This document shows positions 27,290 through 39,090 of a DNA stretch of 64,000 nt, in pieces. The position numbers and the translations under genes are program-made. The notes beneath the pieces are model-generated. The model ran no database searches and was not told where the DNA came from. It was given only the letters and a program-made list of their open reading frames with translations. The stretch is from Camelus ferus (taxonomy: Eukaryota). Within the stretch, counting starts at the first letter, position 1; every line of letters begins with the position of its first letter. The DNA lies in contig NC_045697.1 of assembly GCF_009834535.1 (NCBI RefSeq), positions 47,060,001-47,124,000 on the forward strand, in the 5' to 3' direction.

Positions 27290-28529
27290 TGTTTGGTTTT
27301 TTGGTTTTTGTTTTTTTTTCTTGAAGTACTTCTTCATCTGTGCTCTTGGCCATTCTTCAAGCTGGTGTTTATTTAAAATTCTGGGCTCTATCAGTGGTGA
27401 TTTTGTATCGAATAGCATTTAATTATTAAAAGAAAATACATTAATCTAAATTAAGAAACACATCTTCACTTAGTTGAACTGAATTGTACTGAATGTACAT
27501 TCATTACCAAGAAAAAAGAAGTCAAGAAATAAGAAGATAAGGACTTGTGTCCCAAGATGTCAACTTTTTCATTGGGGTATAAATCATTTTTCTTTATATT
27601 AGTATCTACCCCCAATCTTAAGACGGCCCATTGGCAGATTGTACCAACCACCCTTGAATATTTCCTTGGATATGACTGGTTTGTTTACTTACTCTTTCAA
27701 GTCTCCTCAAAAACATGAACAAAATGTATAAATAAGCCTTGGGAATTTATTCCTCAGGAAAATAAAAATGCCCTAGGAGAAAGGAAATGAACATTACTGA
27801 TTGATGCCTTTTCTACAGCAGACAGTTTGTATGTGTTATCTTATCTGATTCTCTTGACAGCCCTGTAATGTCATGTAGTTTGTTTAGAATGATCCTCACC
27901 TAACAGATGAAAAAATAAAAGCCAGGAGAGACTGTGTAACTTGCAAGTAAATGATGTGGTAAAGATTCAGCCCCATCTCCATCTGGGTCTAGAGCACATG
28001 TTCCTTCCATAATACCTGAAAAAAACGTATGATAAGTGCTGGGTATGAATTTCAAACAAAAAGACTCAGTATGACATAGAATGTTACTAAGTTGTACCAG
28101 CTTTATGGTGTCCAGTGAAACACCAAAATAGAAAGAAAATTTGAAGGGACTTGTTACACATTAATGGTACATTAGTGATGAAACTATGCTGATCATTTGT
28201 GGGGGCTTTTACATGTAATTTTTAAAGTGCAGCCATTTAGAGATTAAACATTATAGTGCAGTGTCTGTACAACATTTGTGAGAAATCTAACCTTGCTATT
28301 GCTATAAACAGTTTAGGATAAAAACCCTGACTCCTAGAGTAACGAAGAAGCTTATCACATTTAAGCTTTATTGATTTCCGTTGTGCAGTATGTTACAGTG
28401 TATTTAGAACATCATTCTTATGGCTAATATAATTGTGCAATTAGTAAAAACAGATTTATTTGATCCCAATATTAACTCTAAAGATTTTGATGTAACATTA
28501 TTTTCTCATTCCTTTATTTAGTAAAAATT

Positions 28530-29190
28530 TATTGTAAAACAGTTTGGTGTTCTGTATAAAACTAAGCATGCAATTGCCATAACCATGACCCAATAATTGC
28601 ATTTGGGGGCATTTATCCCCAATAAATGAAAAATTTATGTTTGCACAAAAATCTGTACTCTAGCATTCACTGCAGCTACATTTGTAATAGCCCCAAACTA
28701 GAAATAACCCAGATGTCCTTCAACAGGTGGCTGGTTAAACAAATTGTGGTACCTCCATACTATGGAAAACTATTTGTAACCAAAAGGAAAAAATTATTGA
28801 TACATGAAACAACCTGACTGAATTGCCAGGGAATTATCCTGAGGGAAGAAAGCCAACTCCAAAAGGTTACATACTATATGATTCCATTCAGATAACATTC
28901 TTGAAATGACAAAATTATAGAAATGGAGAACAGATTAGTGGTTACCAGAGGTTAAGGCAGGAGTGAGAGTAAGAATGTAGCAGGTGTGACTAAAAGAGAC
29001 CACAGGAGAGATCCTTGTGGTGATGAGAACATTCTGTACCCGCTGGTGTCAGTGTCAGTATCATGACTGTGCTGTTGTACTACAACCCAGGGGGAACCTG
29101 GGTAAGGGTACAACTCTATTATTTCTTATAATTTCATGTGAGTCTACAATGACCTCTGGGGGAAAAAAAAGTTTATTATAAAAGAAAAAG
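28530..29190 (+). mobile_element. Old L1 3' end (L1MC/MD-type)
   Basis: atttgtaatagccccaaactagaaa...ggttacatactatatgattccatt...ggagaacagattagtggttaccag. Confidence 0.8.
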
Positions 29191-29279
29191 GAACTACAAA
29201 CAGAATAAAGATTCCTCAAAGGACAGTAAATATCTACAAAAAAGGAAGATAATTCCACTGCAGTGTGGTCAGTTCAATT

Positions 29280-30490
29280 CTGCAGTTTGCATAGATGCCA
29301 AGGAGACACAGAGGAAAAGAACTGACTCTGTATCTAGAATAAGGGTATGTGAAGTTTCCCAGAAAAGGTGATACTGCACCAGAGCAGTGAAAAATTAGTA
29401 GGAGTTATTCTGGCAAAGAAAAGGGAGAAATTGGTAAAGGGCATTCCAGCCAGAGGGAGCAGCATGTGTAAAGGTAAGGAGGTTGGAAATAATGTGGTGA
29501 CTTCAGGAATCTGTAAGTAGTTTGGTATGTCATGTGTCTGGTAGGTAAGGGGGCTGGGAGAGAAAAGGCTCATCTCAATCCTAAGGCAGGTCTAGGTCTC
29601 GAGGTAGGTTATTTTAAAGGGCTTGAAGGACATCCTGTAGCGTATAGCTAGGCATTAGAGGTTTGCCTGTCTCTCTGTTTATAGTAGTAAATAAGACTTA
29701 GGTTCTAAAGGGCATGGAAATGGAGATTGAATTGTGAGTTGAAGGTGGGGAACAAAGGTAGCTAGTGAGATATGATAAGGATTTAAATGACAGCCATAAA
29801 AACAGGAATGGAAAAAAGGGTGGATTTGGGAGATTTAACAGAGACAGAGTCGAATCCAACGGTATATGGTGACTGTTAGAATGTGAGAAGGGAAAATGAG
29901 GGAAGAATCCAGGCCATAACTGCAAATGAGTAGGACTAAGATGCTGCTCTCCATCCCAGAGCAGACATCCCTAATTAATAATTATACACTTTACAGCTCA
30001 AATCAACTCTCCCAGGAGCCACTATTTAGCCATCAGGGTTAGCAAATGAGTTTATTTATTTTCCACCTCTTAACTTAAATGACCTGAATTTCTATATGGG
30101 TGGTGGTGCTATCCATAAAAATGGGTGAAACAAGGATTGAAGAGAAAAATTTTGAATTTCGCTTGATGTGTTCCTGAGTTGGAAGGTCATGACAGACATA
30201 CAGGTGGAACTATGTAATGAGAAACTGGATATTTGGGTGTATCAGATGGAAATTTGGGAACCAGTAGTAGTAAATGCAGAAATTAAATTGTAGGAATCAA
30301 GACGGTTACAGTCTAATCACAGTATGTAAAGGGACAAGAAAAAGAGGATCAAGGGTATAACCCCTAAAAACATGGATATTTATGCAACAGATAGAAGAAG
30401 TGACCACAAAAGAGACTAAAATAGTATGTTAAGAAAAATAAGAAAACCAGGAAAGCATGGTTACTGAAACCGAGGAAGGAAAGACAGGGA
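29280..30490 (-). mobile_element. L2 LINE fragments
   Basis: aagggcattccagccagagggagcagcatgtgtaaagg and related L2 motifs; the element resumes after the LTR at ~31158. Confidence 0.65.
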
Positions 30491-30493
30491 AAG

Positions 30494-31153
30494 TGAAATG
30501 GAGCAGGACCCTAGGGGGCCTTCCCAGGACAGACCCACACCCCGTGTCCTCTGCCTGCGTCTGTAGAAACACTTTAGTCAAAGAATAAGTTTAAGAAGTG
30601 AAAAAAATGCAAAAGCAAAGGAAAGCAGTAAAACTAGACCAAATAGTTTAGTCATTAAACAAAGTCAAGGACATTTAGTTCCTCCTCAAGGGCTATAGAT
30701 AATACTCTGAGCCATATCCTTTGAGCTGTGTCCTGTAGGTACTGAAACCCCCACCAGGTGGAAGAAGTTAACTACACGATGACCAGACCTTAGCCACGAC
30801 ATAAGCTGCCACAATTCAGAGAACTGGCCTCATAGAAATGGGAACAAACCGACCCTGGAACTGAAGATTATCTGTACTTAAAACAATCAAGATGATGCTG
30901 ACCAGACCATCGCATGACTAATTTCAGGATGACTGTCAGAGCTGACTGTGCTGTTCTACATTTAGTCCCCTCCCTCCACCTATACACCCCTGAAACTTCC
31001 CTTTATAAGCTCTTGCCCACTGATCAGCAGTGGACAGTTGACTTCCAGATACTTGCTGGCCTCCGGAATAAGGCAAACTTTCCTTTCTACCAACACTTGC
31101 CTCTGGAATATTGGCTTTTAAGCGATGAGCAGCAGGACCTGAGTTCAGGAACA
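30494..31153 (+). mobile_element. ERV1-class solo LTR (660 bp)
   Basis: TGAAATGG...GGAACA termini with perfect 4-bp TSD AAAG (30490-30493, 31154-31157); TATA-like tttataag near 31002. Confidence 0.85.
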
Positions 31154-31259
31154 AAAGTGGTCAGCAATTAAGGGCTGCAGATGAGTCAGTAAGATAAGAA
31201 CTAAAAAGAACCTACTGACAGAGACTCTGGAAAAATGGTGATGGTGGTGATCACAGATT

Positions 31260-32125
31260 TTGGATCCAACTCAATCCAGGCTGATCTCATCTTAAAATCT
31301 TAGTTGCACAGCAAAGACCATTTTTCCAAATAAGGTCATATTCACAGGTTCCAGGAGGACATATCATTTTCTGAGGGGGAGAGAACACCATTCAACCTAC
31401 TACAGTGTTATCAACTTGCAAAATGCATTCGCCCCAGGCCAACATTCACAAAAGTCTCAACTCATTACAGCATTAACTCTAAGTCTTCCTCTCCTATCTC
31501 TTAAGAGGACACCAGTCATTAGATTTAGGCCCCACCCTAAATCCAGGATGATCTGGAGATCTTAATTACATATGCAAAGACCCTATCCAAATAAAAGTCA
31601 CATTCAGGGTGTCAACTGAAATAAAAAGCACAATTTCAGAGCTAAGAGTTTTGGTTTTATTTGAGGACTTACTAGGGACTACTGTCCAGGAGACAACCTC
31701 TCAGATAGCTCTCTGGAACTACTCTGAAGAGGTAAGCAGGGAGGTCAGTATATACTTGAAGAAGGGGTACATGCAATCAAACACACATTTCTGTAGAAGG
31801 TTACTTCTATGAGACACAGTTATCTAAGTTAATGATTTTAGTACTTTTCTAAATATGAGAAGATACAAGAAATCAGGTTCATAAAATTTTTACCTGGAAA
31901 TACCTAACTACCTGAAGGCCTATTTTGCCAGCTTTACCAGAGCAGAGTGGCTCAATCCTGACCTCCACCTGAACTCCTTTCAGCTGTGTTGAAGGTCAGC
32001 CACTGCAGTGGCTAATGACTCAGTCCTCATAGAGCCAGATGGTGAGCAACATCTTTAGTTGGCAAGGGATCCTGGAGGTTAGGACTTGGGCATATCTTTT
32101 GAAGGCTACAACTCTTCCCACTACA
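31260..32125 (-). mobile_element. MaLR (MLT1) LTR and internal fragments, interrupted by an ERV1 LTR
   Basis: Two MLT1 LTR pieces (aatccagg..gatct, gcaaagacc...ccaaataa) separated by an MLT-internal-like stretch (aaaagtctcaactcattacagcattaactc). Confidence 0.7.
31610..32064 (-). mobile_element. ERV1 solo LTR, cetartiodactyl MER41-like
   Basis: TGTCAACTG...TAGTTGGCA termini with inverted ends and perfect 4-bp TSD AGGG (31606-31609, 32065-32068); internal ctcagatagctct, ggggtacatgcaatcaa and ctgaactcctttcag recall MER41-type LTRs of cattle/pig. Confidence 0.75.
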
Positions 32126-32134
32126 AGGGCTTTT

Positions 32135-33130
32135 TTGGGAAATGATTGATTATAAATCTGGAGCAATAATTGTGCATGATGAGCCAGGAACACCTGGACA
32201 CACCAGAGAGAAAGAAGCTATCCAACACTACTACGATCTTAAGAACTCAGAAGCCAGCTTGAAGAGGCTCCCACTGACCAAAGATGAAATAATTTGAATA
32301 TCAATGAAAAAATAACTGCAATGAATTGAAAATGATCAAGTATCTTCAAATTCATGAGTTCAAAGTAATTTTTTAAGTTGAATCGGTTACCTCATGAAGA
32401 TAACAGGGAAGAAACTTGCTATCTTGAAACCTAGGCAAATAAAATAAAAGAATACAACATTTATCTTGCTCTTGCCATATGAACTGTACCATTGGGTAAC
32501 CAACTAGTAGATGAGGAGTATCAACCTATGAAAATTACTCCAGTTAACATAGGGAAACAAAATGATAGATTTTATTATCACTATTTTGCAACCGCCATGA
32601 ATTAATGGAGCTAGGTATCAAACATCAATGGATGGTAACATCAAGAAAGAAAAAAAAAGACATAATTGCCTCCATATGAAAGAACACCCTACTACTTATC
32701 CTCTTGCCAAAGGGATCAAACAGAGGTCTGATCAAGCCTCTGGACCTTGCTACCAATTTGCAGAAGACAGAGGACAGAGTGACATATTGATTATCATGAT
32801 TCCGTGAACAGCTGAATCCAGACTGTGAGAAATACTATGAGTTCTTTCACAGATAAATTGTAAGCAAGAAAGGAATAGAAGAGAAACTATACATTTTAAA
32901 AAGGACTTAAAAGATATATCAAGTTTTTTAAAAATGGGCAGACTAAAATTAGCATGTCACAGGGTACACACATGGATAACAAAACCATCAGGAGACTCAA
33001 GGTTACTTCTGGAGAGAGGGTGGGGACCGTGATTAGTATGGGGAACCTGAACAGGATAGTGGAGTAGCTGGCAAAGTCCCATTTTGTTGCAGTTTATTTG
33101 TTTGGACCTCTATTTTTATTATACAATGAA
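32135..33130 (+). mobile_element. Old L1 3'UTR (L1MC-type)
   Basis: gcttgaagaggctcccactgaccaaagatg motif typical of L1MC3/4 3' ends; approximate. Confidence 0.65.
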
Positions 33131-33149
33131 GAAGATTTCGTTTAAGTGT

Positions 33150-34450
33150 CTATTGAGCTAACATTATTGACCAAAAAAAGTTTCAATAGAGCTGTGGAAC
33201 AGAAGTTCGATTGCCATGAGATAAGGAACAAAAGGGAAGCCAGAAAGGGAGACAACAAATGTCCACTACTGTGTCTAGCAGTGTGGCAGGAAGGGGAGGA
33301 AAGAGATAGAGGGTTAGGATGACACAGAGCAGAAAGAAAGGTTTTCCCTTTTCTCTTTGCTTGTTTGCTTTCAAATGAGTGAGATGCGAACATGTTTATG
33401 TGCCACAGGGAAAGAAGAAACAGAGAGGGGAATGCTGGAGATACATCTGAGAGAAAGACCATTGACAGAGCTGGATCCGCAAGGAGAAGAAAGGAAATAA
33501 GATCAAGAAAACAGCTAGCAGGTTGATCTTAAGTCGGAGGCTTGAGAGGTCATTTGTACCAGGACAAAGGAAAGGAAACAAAAGGTGGGCTTTATTTTGG
33601 GGTGAGTTTACAGGTGGAGGGCCAGCAGCAGAAAGTTGAAGTTCCCACATGCTGACCTCTGTGTTCTCTGTGAAAGAGGAAGGGGAGACCTTCTAGTGTA
33701 AGTAGTGGGTCGGGGTCTAAGGTACCCAGCAAATGTTAAAATATCCAAAGCGGTGTTGAAAGTTCCATAGAGATTGTAAACTGAATTTGTGTAGATACCA
33801 GGTCATGCCATTTTGTCATCTTCTTCAGCAACTTGGATGCAGAAGAGCATACAGTTAAACTGACGTACTGTTTGTTGTTCATTGTTTGTTCAGATTAGAC
33901 TAATTAGGCAGGAGAGTTGAAATCACTGGCAAGGAACTGGTTGTGGTAATGGGGAAGGAAAGAAGGAGGGTACTGATAAAATGGGGCCAAGGGTCGAGAC
34001 AACTCCAAGGCTTAAGAGACTGAGTGAATAGGGATTTAGGGATAAACACAGATTTAAAAGGAAAGATGATGAGTTCATTTTTAATATTTCAGGTTTCTAC
34101 ATCCAGTTCTATATGTGAATACAGATGCACCGATAGGAGATCTGGCTTGAAGCTACAGATGGTGAGTCATCAGCTTAAAGATAGTACCTAAAGCCACAAA
34201 AATATACAGAGTAAAAGTAGAATCTATTTTTTAAAAAACTGAACAATCCTGAAACACACTCTGGTTTAATTGTCAGGTAGAGAAACAGCAGCTATCAAAA
34301 GCCCCTGGAATGGACAGGCCAGAAAAATAAGGGAAAAATCCAGGTGAATATTGTCCCAAAAGTCTAGAAAGGAGCGTTTAATGGGGGAAGTGGTTAAAAT
34401 GTTAATTTGCTGTGTAGATTTGCAAAGATGATTATCTAAAAGATGCCTTA
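33150..34450 (-). mobile_element. L2 LINE fragments
   Basis: gtttcaatagagctgtggaacagaag..., gatgatgagttcatttt, gtgagtcatcagc L2 motifs; patchy. Confidence 0.55.
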
Positions 34451-36369
34451 TTCATCTTTGTTTTCTGGGACAAATGTGTGGCACACAGTTGGATCTAAAT
34501 CAATGCAAATTTCCATGATTTGTCCATTCCAATACCTGCAAGTCTCATTCCAACACTGTGTTAGAGTTATTTTTAAAAAATGAAAAATAATATACAAGAA
34601 TGAAGGAGGGGAGGGAAGGGAAGGGTAAAAATATCTCACTCACCCCAAATGCTCCATGGAGCCATCCCATGTCACTCCATCCCAGATCACTTAAGGTCCT
34701 CCTACAAAATAAGGCACAATCTGAGTGACCTCAAACCTCCAGTGTCTGTGGGATACAGACTGACTCACTGCAACAGTAAAAATTCATTTCCTGGCTCTTG
34801 GGCCCACGTAAAAAATGTAGGACTTCCAACAGCTTGAGAATGTCCTACCCCTCACCACAAGTGTATTAAACCCAAGATGTGTCTCACTGGTGCTTATGAT
34901 GAGATTCTCTCACGAGCTCTTACTGGGCGGTTCAGTTTCCCAGCCTGTCACTTCAAGGGCACTGAGGTTTCTGCTAGATGCAGCTGTGGATCCCTCACCG
35001 TGTTATTCCCCTACCAGGCACGCCCCTGAAGTCTTGTGTCAAGCATCAGGACTAAACAACCCTCAAAGTGCCAAAAGTCCATGGCTCTCTGTGGGGAACT
35101 GTGCCCTCTCCCCTTTGGGTGTCCTCTGTCAGAGGTGCCCCAAAGCAGTGTTCCTCCTGTTTCCACTGCCTTACAGACCTGAGTGGAAGAGTTCTTTCCA
35201 TTCTTTTTACTCATAGACCTCTTTTTCTCTCTAGGATTTAGAAATGGGTTGCTGCTATATCTATTTTTTCATATTTGTCCATTTATTTCATAAGTGGCAG
35301 GGGCAGGGGGTGGTTAAGTGCTCAGTTTTAGAGTGCTTAATTTAAAAATTAAACCACATAAATGAATTAGGGAGAACTGACATGGGTTATAAGTTATTGA
35401 AGTCAGTTCAGAAGTCATTTTGCAACAGGTTCCATGAAAATCAGAGCAGCTGCCATTCTCAGTTCTCTGTCTCTGATGATCTCTGGGCATTTTTCTACTT
35501 CTGTTTCAAATACCAGATTAAAAGCTCTCTCCCCACATCTTCAGGCCAAATTCCCAAGAAAGAAACTGACTGGTCAAGCTAATTACCATTGCTCTTGCAA
35601 GACATTTGTGACAGGACATCTCATGGGCCACTTATCCACCTTTGGGTCAGCGGTGGCCACAAGGTAGCCTCAAGTGGCACCAGCATGAATACATGCAGAA
35701 AGAGCCTCCCAGAAGAGGTCTATGGGTGTGGCAAGCATTCTCAGGCATGATCTTCCTCCACTAGGAAATAAGAATTCCTATACACAGCAATCTTCAGCAG
35801 AGCTAATGTACTGGGCACACAGTAAGTTCTCAAATATTAGTTTTAGTGTCATGACTTAAAAAAAAAAAGACTCATTTCCTTTACATGACATCTAAGTTCA
35901 TTTAGGACATATCTCAATTCATCTTTCCAGTTCTATTTATTAATATCTTCCCTTGAACTCTAATAATAGAGGGGTACTAACAGCATGACTCGCATTTTTC
36001 TAAGAGTGTTACATAATTCACTGATTTAATCACCACAACACAAAGTACTGTTATTAACCCTATTTACCAGTAAGAAAACTGAGACAGAGAGGTTAAGTTC
36101 TTGTACAAGGACTCATACATAGTGAATTCAAAACCAGGTAGCTGGGCTTCAAAGCCCAGAAGTTAATCACTAAACCATACTGTCTCTCAAATATCAACCA
36201 GTATTACTAATACAATAACAATAAGTAAATAATGGGTACCTTCAATGATTTTTATCATGCAACCAGCCAAAGGAAGGACTAAGAGTTCTACACATAGAGA
36301 TGCAAAACTGGTATTTTGCCCCACTGCCATTATGAATAAACATTTGCATCATAATTCATAGCCAGAAAC

Positions 36370-36675
36370 AAAGCTGCAGCATTTCCTCTAAAGCACTGCA
36401 TTAGCTTCACCTCAACTTTTGTTTGATATATTCCATCTTTTCAGTTCAGTAGATCTTCTCATTTCCATTGTGATTTCTTCATCAACCCACTAAATACTTA
36501 GTAGTGTTTTGTTTCAATTCCAGGCATTTGGGGAGTTTTTGTTTTCTTCTTTACTTCTAGTTTAAGTCTATTGTGGTCAGAGAAAACACTTTGAATAGTT
36601 TCAGTGCTTTGAATGTTGGGGTTTCTTTGTAGCTCAGCGTATGCTCGATTTTGGTAAATATTCCATGTACATCAG
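36370..36675 (-). mobile_element. Old L1 ORF2 fragment
   Basis: catttcctctaaagcactgc...ttgtggtcagagaa...aaatattccatgtac reverse L1 motifs. Confidence 0.7.
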
Positions 36676-36899
36676 GTTTCCTCTATTTCCAACTATTTCA
36701 AAGGACTGACCTTAGCTGAGAAAATCTCGAAGGTCCCTTCCGACACCAAGTTTTGGGAATACTGAGCATTAGGTAACCGGTGAAGAGTTAACTGTAGTTC
36801 TTACTTGTCTTCCAGTTACTCTTTTCCCCTTAATTCTTCAAAATGTAATACATATTGCTTCTAATTAAAAACAGAGGAAGAAAAAGCCACTTGTATTTG

Positions 36900-37620
36900 C
36901 CCGTTCAGTTCTACGCTCTTCTCACAGACGAGGAGACGCGGGCCACCGCAGACGCGCGGCTCTCAAACAGCGGGGTAGCCTCGTCGCGTCCCAAACCCGC
37001 CAGTCCTGGAGCACACGCGCATCCTCGAGGCCCCGCCCGCGGCCCCGCCTCCCTCGGCCAGGGCGGGCCGAGGGGGCGGGGCCCGCCACAGCGTGCTGAC
37101 GTCAGAGAGGGCTGCGACGCCGCCGGGTCTGCCGGGGCGCTGACGGCGGTGGCCGCTCAGTGCGCAGAGCGGGGCCTGGGCAGCTGCGGGATCGTAGGAC
37201 CTCGCGCGGCGACCCCGGGCTCCGGGGCGGGGGCTGCGGCGGCGAAGCCCCCACCCCGGGGAGGCGGGGCCTAGGCGAGCTCCCCGGCTGGGGAGCGGCG
37301 GCGGCCGAGAAGGATGCATCAGAAGCTGCTGAAGAGCGCGCATTACATCGAGCTGGGCAGCTACCAGTACTGGCCCGTCCTGGTGCCTCGCGGCATCCGG
37401 CTCTACACCTACGAGCAGATTCCCGTGTCCCTCAAGGACAACCCGTACATCACCGATGGCTACCGGGCCTACCTGCCTTCCAGGCTGTGTATCAAAAGGT
37501 ACAGTCTGGCCGCCTCCGCTGGGCGCGCCTTGAGGGGCACGTCGGCGGCCCCTCCTCCTCATCTACTCCCTTTTTGTCTGGTCTGCCTGCTGCTTTCCCC
37601 GCTTTTCTCCGGGCACATCA
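36900..37620 (+). promoter_or_regulatory. PAQR3: CpG island / TATA-less promoter and 5'UTR of PAQR3
   Basis: Very high GC and CpG density; multiple GC boxes (e.g. GGGGCGGGGC 37073-37082); full CRE TGACGTCA 37097-37104; no ATG between the CRE and the start codon. Confidence 0.9.
37314..37498 (+). CDS. PAQR3: PAQR3 (progestin and adipoQ receptor family member 3 / RKTG) coding exon 1
   Basis: MHQKLLKSAHYIELGSYQYWPVLVPRGIRLYTYEQIP...NPYITDGYRAYLPSRLCIK; A at -3 of the ATG; donor AG|GTACAG; 185 nt, phase 2. Confidence 0.97.
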
Positions 37621-38864
37621 TTTCCTAGCTGCCCCATCCTTTTCATCCTTTTCTGCCACCTCTCCTCCCTTGTTACCTTTCCTTCCCCCCGCCGGGGTAC
37701 TTGATCCGTGGAATAACGATGGTAACCACGATCATAATCACCAACTCTCCCATGGCGCTTTGCTGTTTACAGAGGGATTTTTATATCCTTTATTCCATTT
37801 GGTGCTTATTGGGATACATGTTGGAGTAGACCCCACTGACAGTGGCTGAGCTATGCTTGCCCCTGTGTATACCTAAGCTTTGTTTATTTTTAAGGCGGCC
37901 CTATGGAAGTTCATATGTTTGGGGCCAGGTAAATGCCTGTATAATAGGAAACAAGTTCACATGGCCATATATATAGAAACTGCTGACTGATTCATTCATT
38001 CAGCGGATACTGTGGAACCCCTGTTAGGTGCCAGGAGCCCTACGAAGTCCTGCAAAGAACAGCAGACATGGCCCTTGTTCTCATGAAGCTACTAAGATCT
38101 AGCCCGGATGACACACATTAAAGAGCTAATGACACTATTACATAATAACCATTGTGAAAAACGCTGTGAAGGAAAAGCACCATAGCAAAGAGAGCCTATA
38201 ACGGGCACCAACCCTCCACTAGAGCACTATAGAAGCGTCTTTAAGAAAGGAATTTCTTCATCTAAACTCTTAAAACTGAGTCCCTTGAAAGCTGGGGATT
38301 AAAAAAACAAAACTGAAAAAATTTATAGTTCCTAGACTAGCTTTCTGTTAAAAATCACTGTATGTACTTAATTATAGGACCCCACTTTAAGAGAATTAAG
38401 ATACAGGTGTTGGTTAGCTCCAGGTGACTGTGGTGACAGATCCCACTGCTGGAATGTGGGCTATTGAATTGCTCAAGCAGCAACCACATGTCTGATTCTT
38501 GATCTTGTTTTCAGCATTGATCTTTCCCCAGTACCTTTGCCCTCCCTGCCTTGAAAGTGTTTCTCTGACTCATGGTCACAAGGTGACGTCACTGTCCATC
38601 CCTACTTGACTTCAATAAATGGCCCACAGTGCTTCACAGTTTGAATCCTAAGTACTGTTTTCCTCCCCATTGCCTCCTTTGCATAAGTTACTCATAAGAA
38701 ATCAGAGCTGGGCCCTGCTGTGGATGTGGAGTTACACAAGAATAGAGCAGATAGTGAATTGCCTTAAATAGTTTCATACCCACCTGGTCGTGGTCCTCTG
38801 CATTCTAATGTTAGGGTCCAAATCTCATGATTGGAGGAGTGAAACATAATGCTTTAGATCTTGG

Positions 38865-39090
38865 GCTGTTGAGTAAAAAAAAGTCTTGGGTATGCAGATC
38901 TGCCTCTAACAGCTGAGGGACCTTGAACAAAAGTTAACCTCTCCCAGCCTTAATTTCTCTATTCTTAAAAATGAGGGTAATTACAGTATCTTCTTCAGAA
39001 ATTACTAAGGACTAAATGAGATTATGTATGAAAAATGCTACACAGAGCCTGGCACATAATAAGCACTCAATAAATGGTGACTTGCTATCA
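38865..39090 (+). mobile_element. MIR SINE in intron 1
   Basis: ttaacctctcccagccttaatttc...aaaatgagggtaat...gactaaatgagat...cctggcacataataagcactcaataaatg. Confidence 0.8.

Noticed and set aside
37499..37628. Extension of the 104-aa ORF beyond ...LCIK
   Set aside because: Read-through into intron 1; the donor at 37499 and the phase match with exon 2 define the real exon
36855..37849. Long ORFs of 139, 199 and 229 aa across the promoter
   Set aside because: GC-rich CpG-island shadow ORFs, Ala/Gly/Arg/Pro-rich, overlapping the true PAQR3 exon 1; the two + strand ORFs use non-ATG starts and none has recognisable homology
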